Below are positions 28,329 through 42,179 of a stretch of DNA of 64,000 bases, one piece after another. This DNA is from Eledone cirrhosa (lineage: Eukaryota). The notes beneath the pieces were generated by a model, which did not search any database, was not told the origin of the DNA, and saw only the letters and a program-made list of their open reading frames with translations. Position 1 is the stretch's first letter; each line of letters starts with the position of its first letter. The stretch spans positions 33,108,001-33,172,000 of the forward strand of contig OZ024741.1 in the NCBI GenBank assembly GCA_964016885.1. Reading direction: 5' to 3'. Made by a program: the position numbers and the translations under genes.

Positions 28329-28590
28329 AAGTTGAAAATGGGACAAAATACGAAAAACAGAACTACAGAAATGGGTGAAAAATAATTGGGAACTTAACAC
28401 TCTGATCTTCATCTGACTCCTCTAAACATTGAAACACCGGGAGTTTAGAGGGTTTATATATACCCGATTCCTCTAAACTCCCGGTGTTTCAATGTTTAGA
28501 GGAGTCAGATGAAGATCAGAGTGTTAAGTTCCCAATTTTTTTCACCCATTTCTGTAGTTCTGTTTTTTGTATTTTGCCCCATTTTCAACT
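28329..28590. repeat. Foldback, arms ~125 bp
   Basis: AAGTTGAAAATGGG...CCGGGAGTTTAGAGG is inverted at CCTCTAAACTCCCGG...CCCATTTTCAACTT. Confidence 0.88.
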
Positions 28591-28653
28591 TTTCAAGTTT
28601 AGGAATAACCAAAGAGTGCTTAGAAATACATTGTTTTATTTGCTAACAGTATG

Positions 28654-29240
28654 TCATCCATACCCAAGGGCAGGAATCATCATAGCCTGGTCATCGTTCA
28701 TCAGTTTTGGCACCATCTTCGCGCAGACTTTCCGCATGTCCAAATATTTAGTGAGAATCTTCCAGATGCTGTCCAGATTCATGCCCAGCTCGTTTGCCAT
28801 TAGTCGAACAGTCAGCCGACGATCGCTACGCACCATCTGCCTGACGCGCTCAACGTTGACCTCAGTCCTGGTTGTTGAGGGCCTTCCGCTCCTGGGGTCA
28901 TCTTCCACGTCCTCGCCTCCTTCTTTAAACCTCTTGCACCACTCAAAAACACGAGAGCGTGACATCGTCTCATCTCCATACACTTGCTGCACCAATCCCA
29001 GTGCTTCTGGCGGAGTTTTCAAGTTTGTTCATTACTCTGTGCTCATTGCTTGACGACCTGAAACAGAGGACATGTATATAAAATTATAAAGAAAAAAGTT
29101 TGATCGCTGCAGAGAACTAAGATTACAGTTACATACTCCAGGGGGATTACTTTCAAGGAGAAAACTCTTAGTGTGAAGTTTGGGTTTTAAATATGTCTTT
29201 TGTGACATCAGTCCTGCAACTTTTCTGACAGACCTCGTAT
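28654..29240 (-). mobile_element. Mariner remnant: N-terminal HTH fragment (-) joined to a C-terminal GDYF segment and TIR (+)
   Basis: VYGDETMSRSRVFEWCKRFKEG..DDPRSGRP..DRRLTVR..KVCAKMVPKL; GGGGATTACTTT near 29141; terminal CTTTTCTGACAGACCTCGTA. Confidence 0.85.
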
Positions 29241-29632
29241 ACGTATGTATTCATGTATATATTTATTCATATATGTACATATGCATATATGAATATATGT
29301 AAGTATGTATATACGTACTAACACTTCACAACATTGCCCTTCAGTAGAGTTAGCAATTTAATTATTTCTACCATCAGACCAATTTTAGTTGATCCTAGAT
29401 TTTAATTTATAATCTTCAGCTTTTAAAATTCTCCTAAATTAACACTTCATACAGCATTTCGGAATTGAATAGAATTAATGACTTTTTCGCCTTCCATACC
29501 TCTCACAGCTCATTCAATTCAAACCGAAAGAGTGGAGAGCAATCAGTAAACACACATTAGCAAGGTTGTGTTTCTCTCAATACGTCAGGAAACACACGCA
29601 TATAAATATATGTATACGTATATATGTGGATA

Positions 29633-29682
<50 letters not shown>

Positions 29683-29832
29683 AGTATGTACGTATACGTA
29701 CATACATATATGTATACGGACGTAGTATGTATATATATACATACATGCACACATATACGTATACATACATACTTGCATTTAAGTAAGTGCCGTACTAAGA
29801 GTGAGAAATGAAATTTCGTTTCATTCTATTCC

Positions 29833-29890
<58 letters not shown>

Positions 29891-29902
29891 GTGTATATAT
29901 TA

Positions 29903-30082
29903 TGTTTCTACTTTAGGCACAAGGCCAGCAAATACCCAGTGCATTACTGGTACTTTATTTTATCGATCCCGTAAGGATGAAAGGCAAAGTTAACCTCGGC
30001 GGGATTTGAACTCAGATCGTAAAGGGACGTAACTAGGCTTGAAAGCATGGCGTCCGACCCTCTACCGATACTGCCAATCCAT
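29903..30082 (-). mobile_element. SINE family A
   Basis: Same sequence blocks as 23043-23220. Confidence 0.85.
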
Positions 30083-30104
30083 GAACAGATAGATAGATAG
30101 ATAT

Positions 30105-30802
30105 ATTTCTTTATTTACCATAAAGGCATAAAAAGAAGGGACAAATACAAAGGGGTAGTTTACATAAAACCGAGTAAAAAGGGTATAAAATGAAAATAAT
30201 CGAAAACAACCTCAAAAGAGAGGGGACGTGATGGGGGTTGCACCCCCCCCCCCCCCGAAAAAGTGTGCAATCCTTTGCCCGGGGAGCACATGGAGAAGGT
30301 GCTCCCCTCTCCTTCATTTCTTTACCTACAGGATGGTATACAGAGAAGGCCCATTTACACGAGCCATTCTCGCCACTATCACCCACCTTTCATAAAACTG
30401 CCTGTGGCCAAGCACCTCTCTCTCCATTCTTATCCTTCTTCCGAAGTGATATCGGAAGAAGTAGACCAGACTATGGCCAGAGAGAAAGTTGCCTGACCTC
30501 AGACCTTTCAATCGTGTCCACCAAACAACCTCTTTCAACATGGCTATTACGCACAGAAAAACCGCCTTTGCTTCCTTTGTGAAGAGGGGTGGCGGCTTGA
30601 TTGTCATCACGGACTCGGCGGTCAATCGAATCGGCGCCACCCGTGACAGCAGTCGTTCGGCGTAGTCCCACAGATCAGCCACGCCCGGACATTGCACCAA
30701 TGCATGCGCAACGATTTCTTCGTGACGCACGCATCTAGGGCAAATCTTTTTCGAGGGATCCCTGCCCGAGCGCCCGTGTCTGTAGAGCCTCTCTCGAACG
30801 GG
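30105..30802 (-). mobile_element. 5'-truncated Tx1/L1-type LINE, relative of the element at 1-4012
   Basis: LPVRERLYRHG..CPRC..HALVQCP..KEVVWWTRLKG..ARMARVNG aligns by eye with ORF 3089-3700; A-rich 3' end. Confidence 0.88.
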
Positions 30803-30849
30803 TAGATAGATAGACAGATATCTGAATATGTATATATATAAATACATTA

Positions 30850-33655
30850 TGTATTATATAACTTTGAAATGTTTTGACCAGTATTGGCCCAGGCTATGTC
30901 TAACTTAATAGCACCACCTGGCGAAGTCTTTCAATTCAGGATTTGGGCACCATGGCCCATTCGAGAAGAGAATTACTGTTTGCGGAGACATATCCGTGTG
31001 TGGGTGGTTCGTCCGGGATTACTTGGAAGAATTTGTCCAAAGACTTCTTGAATTTTGTGTGGTCAGTTTCTGTTTTGACGTGTCCTGGTGTGATGTTGAA
31101 GAGAGCAGGGCCAATTGAGGTGAAATAATTGTGCCGTATTGTTGTTATGAGTTGCGATTTAGATTTTTGTTTGGGACGGATAGCACGGAGCCCAAGCCTT
31201 GGGTGTATTTTGAAGGTGATGCCAACATGATTTTGGCAGTGCTGATGAAACATTTTCCACATCATGCAGATAATATAACGCTCACAGCGACGTTGGAGTG
31301 AGTAAAGTTTCAGCTTTTCTAGTCGACCCCAGTAGTCAAGATCTGACATGCCATCTATCTTTTTCGTGATTGCCCTTTTGGGAGCTTCAAGTTTCATGAT
31401 ACTTTGTTTCGTGTGGGGAGACCACAGTGGACAACAGTATTCAAGGTGTGGTCGGGCAAAAGTGGAGAAGAGAAGGATAATGGTGTGGGAATCTCTCGAC
31501 TGGAAGGTTCTGAGGATCCAGGAACACATTCTGAGGGCCATGTCAACTTTGCTGCTTATATGCGTGGCCCAGCTTATGTTGCTATCCACGGCTAATCCCA
31601 AGTCTCTGATGTTGTTAGATGCACGAGAGTTTCACCGGAGGGAAGGGAGTACGGGAGTTTCAGAGCATCCTCTTTTCCAAAGTGGATCAGTTCGAATTTG
31701 TCTTCGTTCAGTAACATGTTGTTCTTTTCCGCCCATTGGGTAACAGCCAGTAGGTCTGACTGAAGGCTTATCCGGTCATCCACGCCATTGATGACCTTTT
31801 GGAGCTTGGAATCATCAGCGAAAATTCTAATGTTGCTGTGTTTGATGATGTCAGTGATGTCATTAATATAGATGATGAAGAGAAGTGGGCCCAACACAGT
31901 GCCTTGTGGGACCCCACTACTGACTTTGGCTGGGCTGGATTTGACTCCTTCGACTACAACATGTTGGGTTCTGTTTGACAGGAAGCACTTGATCCACTGC
32001 AGCAGCTTTCCAGTGACACCAATATTGGACAGCTTTCTCAGTAGAATGTTGTGATCAACCCTGTCAAAGGCCTTGCTGAAATCAAGGTAGATAACATCAG
32101 TGTTGGAACCCTCTCCCAAGGCTCTCAAAATATCATCAAATTGATGCAGTAGCTGCGTCAAGCAATCCCTTCCATTACGGAATCCATGCTGGTTGGAGTT
32201 CAGCATATTGTTACTCTCAAGGAAGTGAGTCATTCGCGATCTCACCACTCTCTCAAATACCTTAATGATATGAGAGGTGAGTGAGATTGGACGGTATTTC
32301 ACGGCAAGGGATTTGTTTCCTTTTTTGAAAACTGGGACAACAGACTGGGATAGAAGGTTTTCTGGCACATATCCAGCATCCAGTGAGTTCCGCCACGGAT
32401 TGGCAAGAGGAGATGCAAGTTGGTGTTGACACGCCTTCAAGACACAAGCAAGGAACCTATCGGGACCTACTGCTGAATTATGCTTGATTTCCTTTATTGC
32501 CGCTAAGACATCAGGGGCGCCAAACGTTATGTCCGATAAGGTGTAATGGGGAGTAACATCGCCGATACAGCCCAGATCGGCCATATCAGGATTGCTGAAA
32601 ACAGAGCAGTATTGTTTCTGCAGTATCTCACCCATGGTTTTAGCATTGTCTTGAAGAGTGCCATTTTCATCAATTAGAGGGCCAACAGTTGAGCCAGTGA
32701 TTTTGTGTTTTTTTGCAAATGAAAAGAACACTTTGGGATTGAGTTTGATCTTCTCAATGGCCCAGGCCTCTTCAGCTCTTCTCTGATTGTTGATGATAGA
32801 CATCATATTGTTTTGGAGATTATGTTTTTTAATCTCTAGTGATGAAATGGCAGTCAAGTTGATGTGTTGCTGCTGACAGTATTTCAGCTTGTTGATTTTT
32901 TTGTTAGTTCTCTTAATTTTCCTGATGAGCGTTTTTCTATTTCTAGGGATTCTGCTCTTAGATTTGTTTATAGTTCTTAATGGGGTGTGTTTTGTACATA
33001 TGTTTGTAACAGTGTCCACAAATGTCTTCCAGGACTTTTTGATGTTAGTGGGAGTGTGAGTGTGCGTGAAGGACCAGTCGACATGTGCAAGATCTTGACT
33101 GATCGCTTCCCAGTTTGCATTGTGGAAATCCATAGCGTCAAACGGATGGACAGGAGAGATAACATTGGTTTGTATATTCCACTAATCTCAGATCACAGAG
33201 AACCATGTCATGATCAGAGAGTAGAGTTTTCTCCACTGCAATATTGTGGATAGTGTCAGTGTGATTGCTGAAAATTAAGTCTAGGACGTTTTTGTGACAC
33301 CTCGTTGGTTCGAGCACCAGTTGGGACAGGAAGAAATCATCCATGAAGTCAAGAAGCGATTCCACTGCTTCCCTTTCAGAGGTTGAGGCAGAAGAACCTG
33401 GTGGCAGGCTGTTTGTGGACCAGTCAACTCCGGGGAGGTTGAAGTCCCCCATCATTAATATGTTGTCAGGGTGACAATCTTGGATGAAACATTTTATGCT
33501 GTTGATGCATTCCTTGAAGCATGGTAGAGGCGTTTGGGGTGGCCTAATGAGCCCGACTACTATTAGGTTGTTGGTTTGACTGAATACAGTGAATGCTTCG
33601 CAGTATCCATTATAAAATATGTTCATAGCCTCTGTTGAGAAAGAATTATGGACAT
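30850..33655 (-). mobile_element. CR1-type LINE, 5'-truncated (partial APE + RT, frameshifted)
   Basis: MGDFNLP, PTR..NVLDL, SDH; YRPISLTS, QHGFR, YLDFSKAFDRV, SGVPQGTVLGP, FADD, RPHLEYC..WSP. Confidence 0.9.
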
Positions 33656-33682
33656 ATATATATGGACATATGTATATATTAT

Positions 33683-33765
<83 letters not shown>

Positions 33766-33767
<2 letters not shown>

Positions 33768-34325
33768 AAAGAATAGAGATGTAACACACAAGTTATGATA
33801 TATTGGTAAACGGAAAAGAAAATGCTGACAAATTGTTCACAGTGAAAAATAGTTTAATTAGGAATAAGTGAGAATTAGTAATAGTATTGGTTAGTATTCA
33901 GTTTTGGTTTTAAGTTTTACCGGTTGCGCATTTCTAATGCTTTTCAAAAATAATTTTGAGGTAGAGCGTCCGTGATGTTTGCTCTAATCTGATTAGTTTT
34001 GGAAATTCTACCTGTTTTTATGTTAAAAAAGTGGCTCCAGAGGTATTAAAATAAGTTTTGCGCCAATTCGTGTTGCAAAAATTCATGTGGTCAAAACAAT
34101 TTTGATTGGTCGGTAGAGGTCATCTGAATGTTAAAAATTGATTTTGCGCCAAATGTAGGTTTGTGTCGGCTGATTGAGAAGTCACTGAAAAATAAGTCGT
34201 TCAAAACAAATATGTGTGTGTGTGTGTAGTAGTAGTAGTAAAGAGGTTCGTTGTTGTGATAATGGTCACCAGGGATGTGTGTGCGAACCGCAGCCCGTTG
34301 ACAGTTCAAATGCCTATTAAGACAA

Positions 34326-34405
<80 letters not shown>

Positions 34406-35079
34406 CAGAGTAATTCGTTGTAGAGGGATGGTCAGTAGGAATGTGTCTGTAAGTGTGTGGGGGATATTTTAACATGTTAAAAGATATTTGTCAGCTCTTG
34501 TCTTATACGGGGAAGTGTGTGTGTGTGTGTGTGTGTGCGTGTGTGTGTGTATGTCTCTTTGTATGTTAATGTACGCGTGTGTATGTGTGTGTGTATATAT
34601 GTGCGTGTGTGCGCATACACGTGTGTGTGTGTGTGTGAGAATGTGTGTGTGTGTGTGGCTGGACCAGTAATTATTTTTGTGATACTGGTGAGATGGTGTA
34701 CATTATTCGATATTTTCAGTAAAATCGATTCTCTCAATAGAACATCAAAAACCTTAATAATAAAAGGTGTGAAATGATATATAGTATTGGCATAATACCA
34801 AGGTGTGTGTGAGTGTGTCCAGATTGTACGTACTGCAAGGGGAATCCATTAGGCCTTTTTTAACATAAAAACAGGTAGAATTTCCAAAACTAATCAGATC
34901 AGAGCAAACATCACGGGCGCTCTATCTCAAAATTATTTTTGAAAAGCATTAGAAATGCGCAACCGGTAAAACTTAAAACCAAAACTAAATACTAACCAAT
35001 ACTATTACTAATTGTCACTTATTCCTAATTAAACTATTTTTCACTGTGAACAATTTGTCAGCATTTTCTTTTCCGTTTA

Positions 35080-35083
<4 letters not shown>
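33766..35083. mobile_element. Insert with ~230-bp inverted terminal arms, in (TA)n
   Basis: 33805-34032 is inverted at 34855-35081; arms contain GAAATGCGCA (HHR 3'-half-like) but no CTGANGA. Confidence 0.75.
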
Positions 35084-35131
<48 letters not shown>

Positions 35132-35222
35132 AATAGAAAGATATATATATATATATATTTATATATGAAAGACGTAAAATAAGAAAATTTTAAAAATTAA
35201 AAATTAACTTATTCAAATTTTC

Positions 35223-35304
35223 ACTCCAACTAATTAGTTTCTGTAATGGGATAAATATAGTTACACAATGTAACTATCGAGAATTCATTACGTCATCAGG
35301 GAGT
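35223..35304 (-). ncRNA. Type I hammerhead ribozyme
   Basis: Reverse complement matches 36376-36457. Confidence 0.83.
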
Positions 35305-35759
35305 CTATTCTCAGCTAAGTTCCCAGGCAATGCGCGGACACTAGGAACCCATATCAAAATAATAATTCAGTGGATGTAATAAGCTAGCAGTGGATGTAAT
35401 AAGCATAGCACTGAAAAAGTTCACTGCTTCTGGTCAGTGGTGAATTCTAAAGAATCAATCACGTGACACTGAGGTTAGTCAGTTAGGAGTGGGGTGGTAT
35501 TATGACAACAGCCTACTACTACTACTATGAATTAGCAGTAGATTTAGCAAGTTTGCTCAACAAATAATTTGGAGATAAATATAGAGAATTAATACATCTA
35601 CAAACATATGCGTACAGATGTACACTAATTCTAGTAAATATATAAGTTATGTCAAAGTACCTAGGTAGTTCAATGCAGGGGGATGCAGAACAATTATATG
35701 AAAGACGTAAAATAAAAAAATTTTAAAAATTTAAAATTAACTTACTTACTAAAATTTTC

Positions 35760-35841
35760 ACTCCAACTAATTAGTTTCTGTAATGGGATAAATATAGTTA
35801 CACAATGTAACTATCGAGAATTCATTACCTCATGAGGGAGT
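35760..35841 (-). ncRNA. Type I hammerhead, G5C change (CTCATGA)
   Basis: Second tandem copy with a mutated core. Confidence 0.65.
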
Positions 35842-36375
35842 CTATTCTCAGCTAAGTTCCCAGGCAATGCGCGGACACTAGGAACCCATATAAAAATAAT
35901 AAATCAGTGGATGTAATAAGCTAGCGGGGACTAAGTAAGTTAATTTATAATTTTTAAAATTTTCTTATTTTACGTCTTTCATATAATTGTTCTGCATCCC
36001 CCTGCATTGAACCACTTAGGTACTTTGACATAACTTATATATTTACTAGTATTAGTGTACATCTGTACGCATATCTTTGTAGATGTATTAATTTTGTATA
36101 TTTATCTCCAAATGATTTGTTGAGCAAACTTGCCAAATCTACTGCTAATTCATATTAGTAGTAGTAGGCTCTTGTCATAATACCACCCCACTCCTAACTG
36201 ACTAACCTCAGTGTCACGTGATTGATTCTTTAGAATTCACCACTGACCAGAAGCAGTGAACTTTTTCAGTGCTATGCTTATTACATCCACTGCTAGCTTA
36301 TTACATCCACTGAATTATTATTTTTATATGGGTTCCTAGTGTCCGCGCATTGCCTGGGAACTTAGCTGAGAATAG

Positions 36376-36457
36376 ACTCCCTGATGACGTAATGAATTCT
36401 CGATAGTTACATTGTGTAACTATATTTATCCCATTACAGAAACTAATTAGTTGGAGT
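36376..36457 (+). ncRNA. Type I hammerhead ribozyme
   Basis: Stem I ACTCC/GGAGT; CTGATGA; stem II GTAATG/CATTAC with inner ATAGTTACA/TGTAACTAT; GAAA; palindromic CTAATTAG; GUU site. Confidence 0.85.
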
Positions 36458-36963
36458 GAAAATTTTAGTAAGTAAGTTAATTTTTAATTTTTACAATTTT
36501 CTTATTTTACGTCTTAAATATAATTGTTCTGCATCCCCCTGCATTGAACCACCTAGGTACTTTGACATAACTTATATATTTACTAGTATTAGTGTACATC
36601 TGTACGCATATGTTGGTAGATGTATTAATTCTCTATATTTATATATATATATATATACATATATTGTTATATTTGGGGAGGGTTATATTGCCAAATAATA
36701 ACAAAACACACTCAATATTTGGTTATATGCATATATATATATATATATATATACATAGAAAATATATATGTATAGATACAATTATGCATAAATATTTGTA
36801 TGTACATATATATTCATATAAATATAGATCTAAACAATTATTTATATATATATATATATGCATATATATGTATATAAATTTAAACAAAAATACACATCAC
36901 TCACACACACACATATATATATATATTGACATGCTTATATATATAAAATTATATTCACACACA

Positions 36964-37016
<53 letters not shown>

Positions 37017-37266
37017 CAGAGGGCTAAGGCTCACCACTTTCTTTATTCTTATACACCTGATCACTTTAAATTCGACCAATCTAGATTGGTACGGTGTATT
37101 ATTGGTTGTGTCATACGGTCCAATAAACCTTTGTTAGCAATATTAAGTTCTCAACGCTTTTGTATATCTCCCATTCCATTTATGGGAACAGCTAGATGAT
37201 GTAAAACGTAGCATTTGTATCAAAATAAAGATCCGAAGGCATGGTAAAAATTTCCAATCATTTTAA

Positions 37267-37340
37267 TCACGACACATGTTTCAATAAGAGATAGATTGAT
37301 CGTGCGGCCATGATCGATTATCACTGACCTCGTCAGGTGA
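37267..37340 (-). ncRNA. Type I hammerhead ribozyme
   Basis: Reverse complement: TCAC-CTGACGA-GG..GATAATCGATC..GATCAATCTATC..TT-GAAA-CATGTG-TC-GTGA (GUC site). Confidence 0.8.
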
Positions 37341-38762
37341 AAATGAATTGTCTTCAAATCCTTGATATAAGGGAGAAAATGTAACGATGTCCACTCCGAG
37401 ACAGTCGAGGAAGTAGAGGGCCCACCAGATCCGTCACCTGGGCCGAGTCCGTGGATCCTATGGTGATGTCGAAATTGTCCGACCAATCTCTCCTAGTCCA
37501 CAAGTCCCCGTTGAACTCAATTAAGGTTTTCCTAGCTAGGAGAATAATGTTAATTTCTTCAGATGTAAGGTCGGTGTGTAAACTACCAAAGTTTAGGGCC
37601 TTACCTAGAAGAGTTGGGGAGATCGAAGAGTAGTAGTTAGAGATATCGAACTGTATAAACTTAGTGCTTTTCTTATTCTGCGATTTCTCAAACCAGTTAA
37701 TTACCTCACTAGTTCCTGGCCATAATTTAAGCTTCGATCTCCTAACTAGAGTGGGGATTATTTTATCAAGGATGTTTTTACTCACGATTCCTATGTCCGA
37801 CTTCGAAGGGGCTATCAGCCTGACAAGTCTTGATGATTCAAAGTTTAATTTGTGGTCTTTCAATAAAATCCTCGGAATTCCAGGATGCAAGGGCTCAGTT
37901 TTATCTTCAATACCCAGTTTAGTTATGACGCTATTGGCCTCCGTGTTGATTAAATCCAGGCCTGTGTAGTTTTCCTGTAGCTTTTTTTTTTTTTTAATTT
38001 TATTTCTGTGTTGGGTAACACACCTCCACCACTCAAACACCTATCCTAAAAGCCCAAGGGTCCATATGACGGGAAAAAGCACATACTGACACCTTAACTC
38101 AAATACCCAACCCTACACAGAGCCCCTTGGTGGTCTACATGACGGTGTCTTGCGCGCACAGATTTGGGGACTCAGATTCTCAATGCGACAACGCCACATA
38201 CAGAGTTCGATATGAGCTGACTACTTGCTCTTCACATGGATGTGTATATACCAAAACATCCACTTTTTTAGACGATATGGATGTGTATATACCAAAACAT
38301 CCACTATTTACAATCGATACACGTATAGCAGAACATTGAACTGAATTTACTTGCGTGTGTATAGGGTTGCGGTTAACCCAATGTCTCCAATTTACATCGT
38401 CAAATTGAGATTTGACCAATATAACATTTGTTGTTTTGTAAACTAACTTTCGGTGAATACTATGTTGGTATGTATATATTTTTTTTTTCTTTGACCTCGC
38501 GTCGGTGTGTGAGTATGTGTGTACTCACTCACACTGACTGTGACCGACTGTAATTCTAAAGATTTGATGTTGAGATTAGACTCTGTCCAGCGTCTTTTAC
38601 AGCTATTGAGAGATAGAGACTTGATAGTTTTATGACCCCAACCGAGGACGATAGCAGTGGGCGTGTTTTGGCTGCTTAATCTTCATATGGGGGACAAAAC
38701 TCTAGTGAGTGAACATCGTTAAATTTTCTCCCTCATATCAAGAATTTGAAGACAATTCATTT

Positions 38763-38836
38763 TCACCTGACGAGGTCAGTGATAATCGATCATGGCCGCA
38801 CGATCGATCTATCTCTTATTGAAACATGTGTCGCGA
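38763..38836 (+). ncRNA. Type I hammerhead ribozyme (inverted pLTR copy)
   Basis: TCAC-CTGACGA...GAAA-CATGTG-TC-GCGA. Confidence 0.75.
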
Positions 38837-38874
38837 TTAAAATGATTGGAAATTTATACCATGCCTTCGGATCT

Positions 38875-38919
<45 letters not shown>

Positions 38920-38932
38920 ATAATATAATGTA

Positions 38933-39048
38933 ATTGTTTCTACTTTAGGCACAATGCCAGCAGTTACTCAGTACATTACTGGTACTTTATTTTATCGACC
39001 CCGTAAGGATGAAAGGCAAAGTTAACCTCGGCGGGATTTGAACTCAGA
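38933..39048 (-). mobile_element. SINE family A, partial
   Basis: GGCACAATGCCAGC...CTCGGCGGGATTTGAACTCAGA. Confidence 0.8.
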
Positions 39049-39393
39049 ATGACAAGGGTCAATATAATATAAGTGAATGAACAAAAGCATCAACTGCCTC
39101 TTTTGCTACCCGCTTAGTATCTAAGGGTGGTATTGCAGGAAATAGAGCTTAGGCTGTACGATGGTTTAGAAGAAGTCACTGGAAAGATGTATATGAGACA
39201 ACACAGCATAGTAACAGGGGACAACAAATTAGTGTCGTTTAATTGATAACATATATAGTGACGATAGTAACGCCAGAAGTAGAGAAATATAAATATACTC
39301 TGGTCAACTTACTTTCATCGAAAGAGTTTGTGTATATGTGAGAGTGAAAGAGAAAAAGAGAGAAAGAGAGAGAGAGAGAAAGAGTGAGAGAGA

Positions 39394-40348
<955 letters not shown>

Positions 40349-40358
40349 CATATGTATG

Positions 40359-40411
<53 letters not shown>

Positions 40412-40674
40412 TCTGCAAATACTTGTGAATTTGCACGTAGCGGAACTAGGCTGCAGTACCACCGTGGAAACACTTGTAAGCACACGGAATAAACTACCTT
40501 TTTATGATGTCTACCTGTTATTATTCATTCTTTATATACACTCCGGAATACTGAAGGGTCAGGAACTAAGTTTCTTGAACAATTCTTCCATAACTCGTAG
40601 AGTAACCTCTTACCGTACGTCAACCATATCCAGTGTAGTAATTAACCATCACTACATCTTGGATAATCCTATAC

Positions 40675-40713
<39 letters not shown>

Positions 40714-42069
40714 GCAAGTTTACGATTCTGTGTGTCCGCCTAAAACTAGCAAACTACTGGACCAAACTCCTCAAAATTACATGTACATATTCACTATACA
40801 CTCCGACAGGTAACGGTCGAGAAAGTTTTACTTTGCAAAGCAAGGATTTCATTTAAATTCAATTTATCTTATTTTCTAATGACTATCAAAAGAGATCATC
40901 CATTTTGTTTTTTTATGTTCTCCAGTCTGTAGATAAGAGAGTGAGGGATGGGAGAGAGAAAGAGAGAGAGTAAGGGATGAAAGCGAAAGAGAGAGAGTGG
41001 GAGATGGGAGAGAGAGTAAGGGGATGAGAGAGAAAGAGAGAGAGTGAGTGGATGGGAGAGAGAGTAAGGGGATGTGAGAGAGAAAGAAAGAAAGTAAGAG
41101 ATGAGAGAGAAAGAGAGAGAGTGGGAGTTGGGAGAGGGAGAGTAAGGGGATGAGAGAGAAAGACGATGAAAGAGAGAGAGGGAACGCAGCTAGCGTTGTT
41201 AACTTTTATTTATTTACTCTCCTGCTTCCTTAACGTTATTTATCTTTTCTTTATTTTTTGTTCTCTATTCTGTAGAGAGAGGGGGGATGTGAGAGAGAAA
41301 AAAATAGAGAGAGTAATGGGATGGGAGAGAGAGGGAAAGCAGCCAGCGTTCATTAACTTTTATTTATTTAGTATTTTTACACACTTCTTAACTCTCCCAA
41401 TGTTATTTATCTTTTATTTATTGTTTGGTATTCTGTAGAGGATGAGAGAGAAAAAGAAAGAGAGGAGATGAGAAAGAGAAATGGAGTGAGGCGGATTGGG
41501 AGAGGAAGACAATAAGAAAAGAGAAAAGATGGGAGAGAGAAAAAAAGTAAAGAGGCAGGAAAGATGGAGCGTGATTGGAGGGATTCTTTACCTAACCGGT
41601 GTCCGCGTTTATATATATATTTACACACACATATGTGTGTGCTATGGGGGGGGGGCGTTCTTTAGCAGACGATATATGTTACCATAAAAGCTTATTTTCT
41701 ACATATGTCTAAAGAAATCGCAGATTCTTTTATAGAAGTTGTATATATGTATGTATGTATTTAACAGACAAAAAAAAACGGTATTTTTAAAAGACATTAT
41801 TTGAATATATTATTTTCCGCTGTTATTTGAATTAACACAGAAAATATTTTTTTTTGTAGTGTTTGTCGTATTTTTTTTTGGGGGGGGGGGGGGGGGGGGA
41901 TAAAAAATGATAATTTCAGAATACAATCTGAAATCCCAATATTTTCTACATATATCTAAAATTAATTACATCTAATATACATTCATATAAAGAGATCATT
42001 TAAAACAACTTTACTGAGTGAACAATATATTCTATAGTTGTTTCTATTTCGGAAAGAGTGTGGTGTTTA

Positions 42070-42127
42070 TACTTTTGGCACAAGGCCAGCAATCATTCCA
42101 GTGCGTTACTGGTACTTTATTTTATCG
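42070..42127 (-). mobile_element. SINE family A 3' fragment
   Basis: TACTTTTGGCACAAGGCCAGC...TTTATTTTATCG, flanked by a GTGTGGTGT direct repeat. Confidence 0.65.
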
Positions 42128-42179
42128 TGTGGTGTGTAATAATATCACTTCAAATGCATAGAAAACGTTCCAGATCATT

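Larger units (their letters stand above)
35161..36632. mobile_element. Retrozyme-like 537-bp non-coding monomer in tandem and inverted arrangement, in (TA)n
   Basis: HHR copies at 35223 and 35760 on - (spacing 537); strand switch near 35930; about 1.3 monomers on +. Confidence 0.8.
37015..38882 (-). mobile_element. Internally deleted PLE (second clade) with inverted HHR-bearing pseudo-LTRs and tail, in (TA)n
   Basis: ORF 37354-38040: LKDHK, RLIAPSKSDIG, FIQFDISNYY, FDITIGSTDSAQVTDLVG; 37222-37392 is inverted at 38710-38880; tail 37015-37220. Confidence 0.88.

Noticed and set aside
40545-40590. Hammerhead (CTGAAGG plus hairpin)
   Set aside because: Core mismatch and no GAAA after the hairpin.
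40705-41610. Helitron 5' end or non-autonomous Helitron
   Set aside because: The start looks Helitron-like, but no TC terminus or 3' hairpin-CTRR could be identified.
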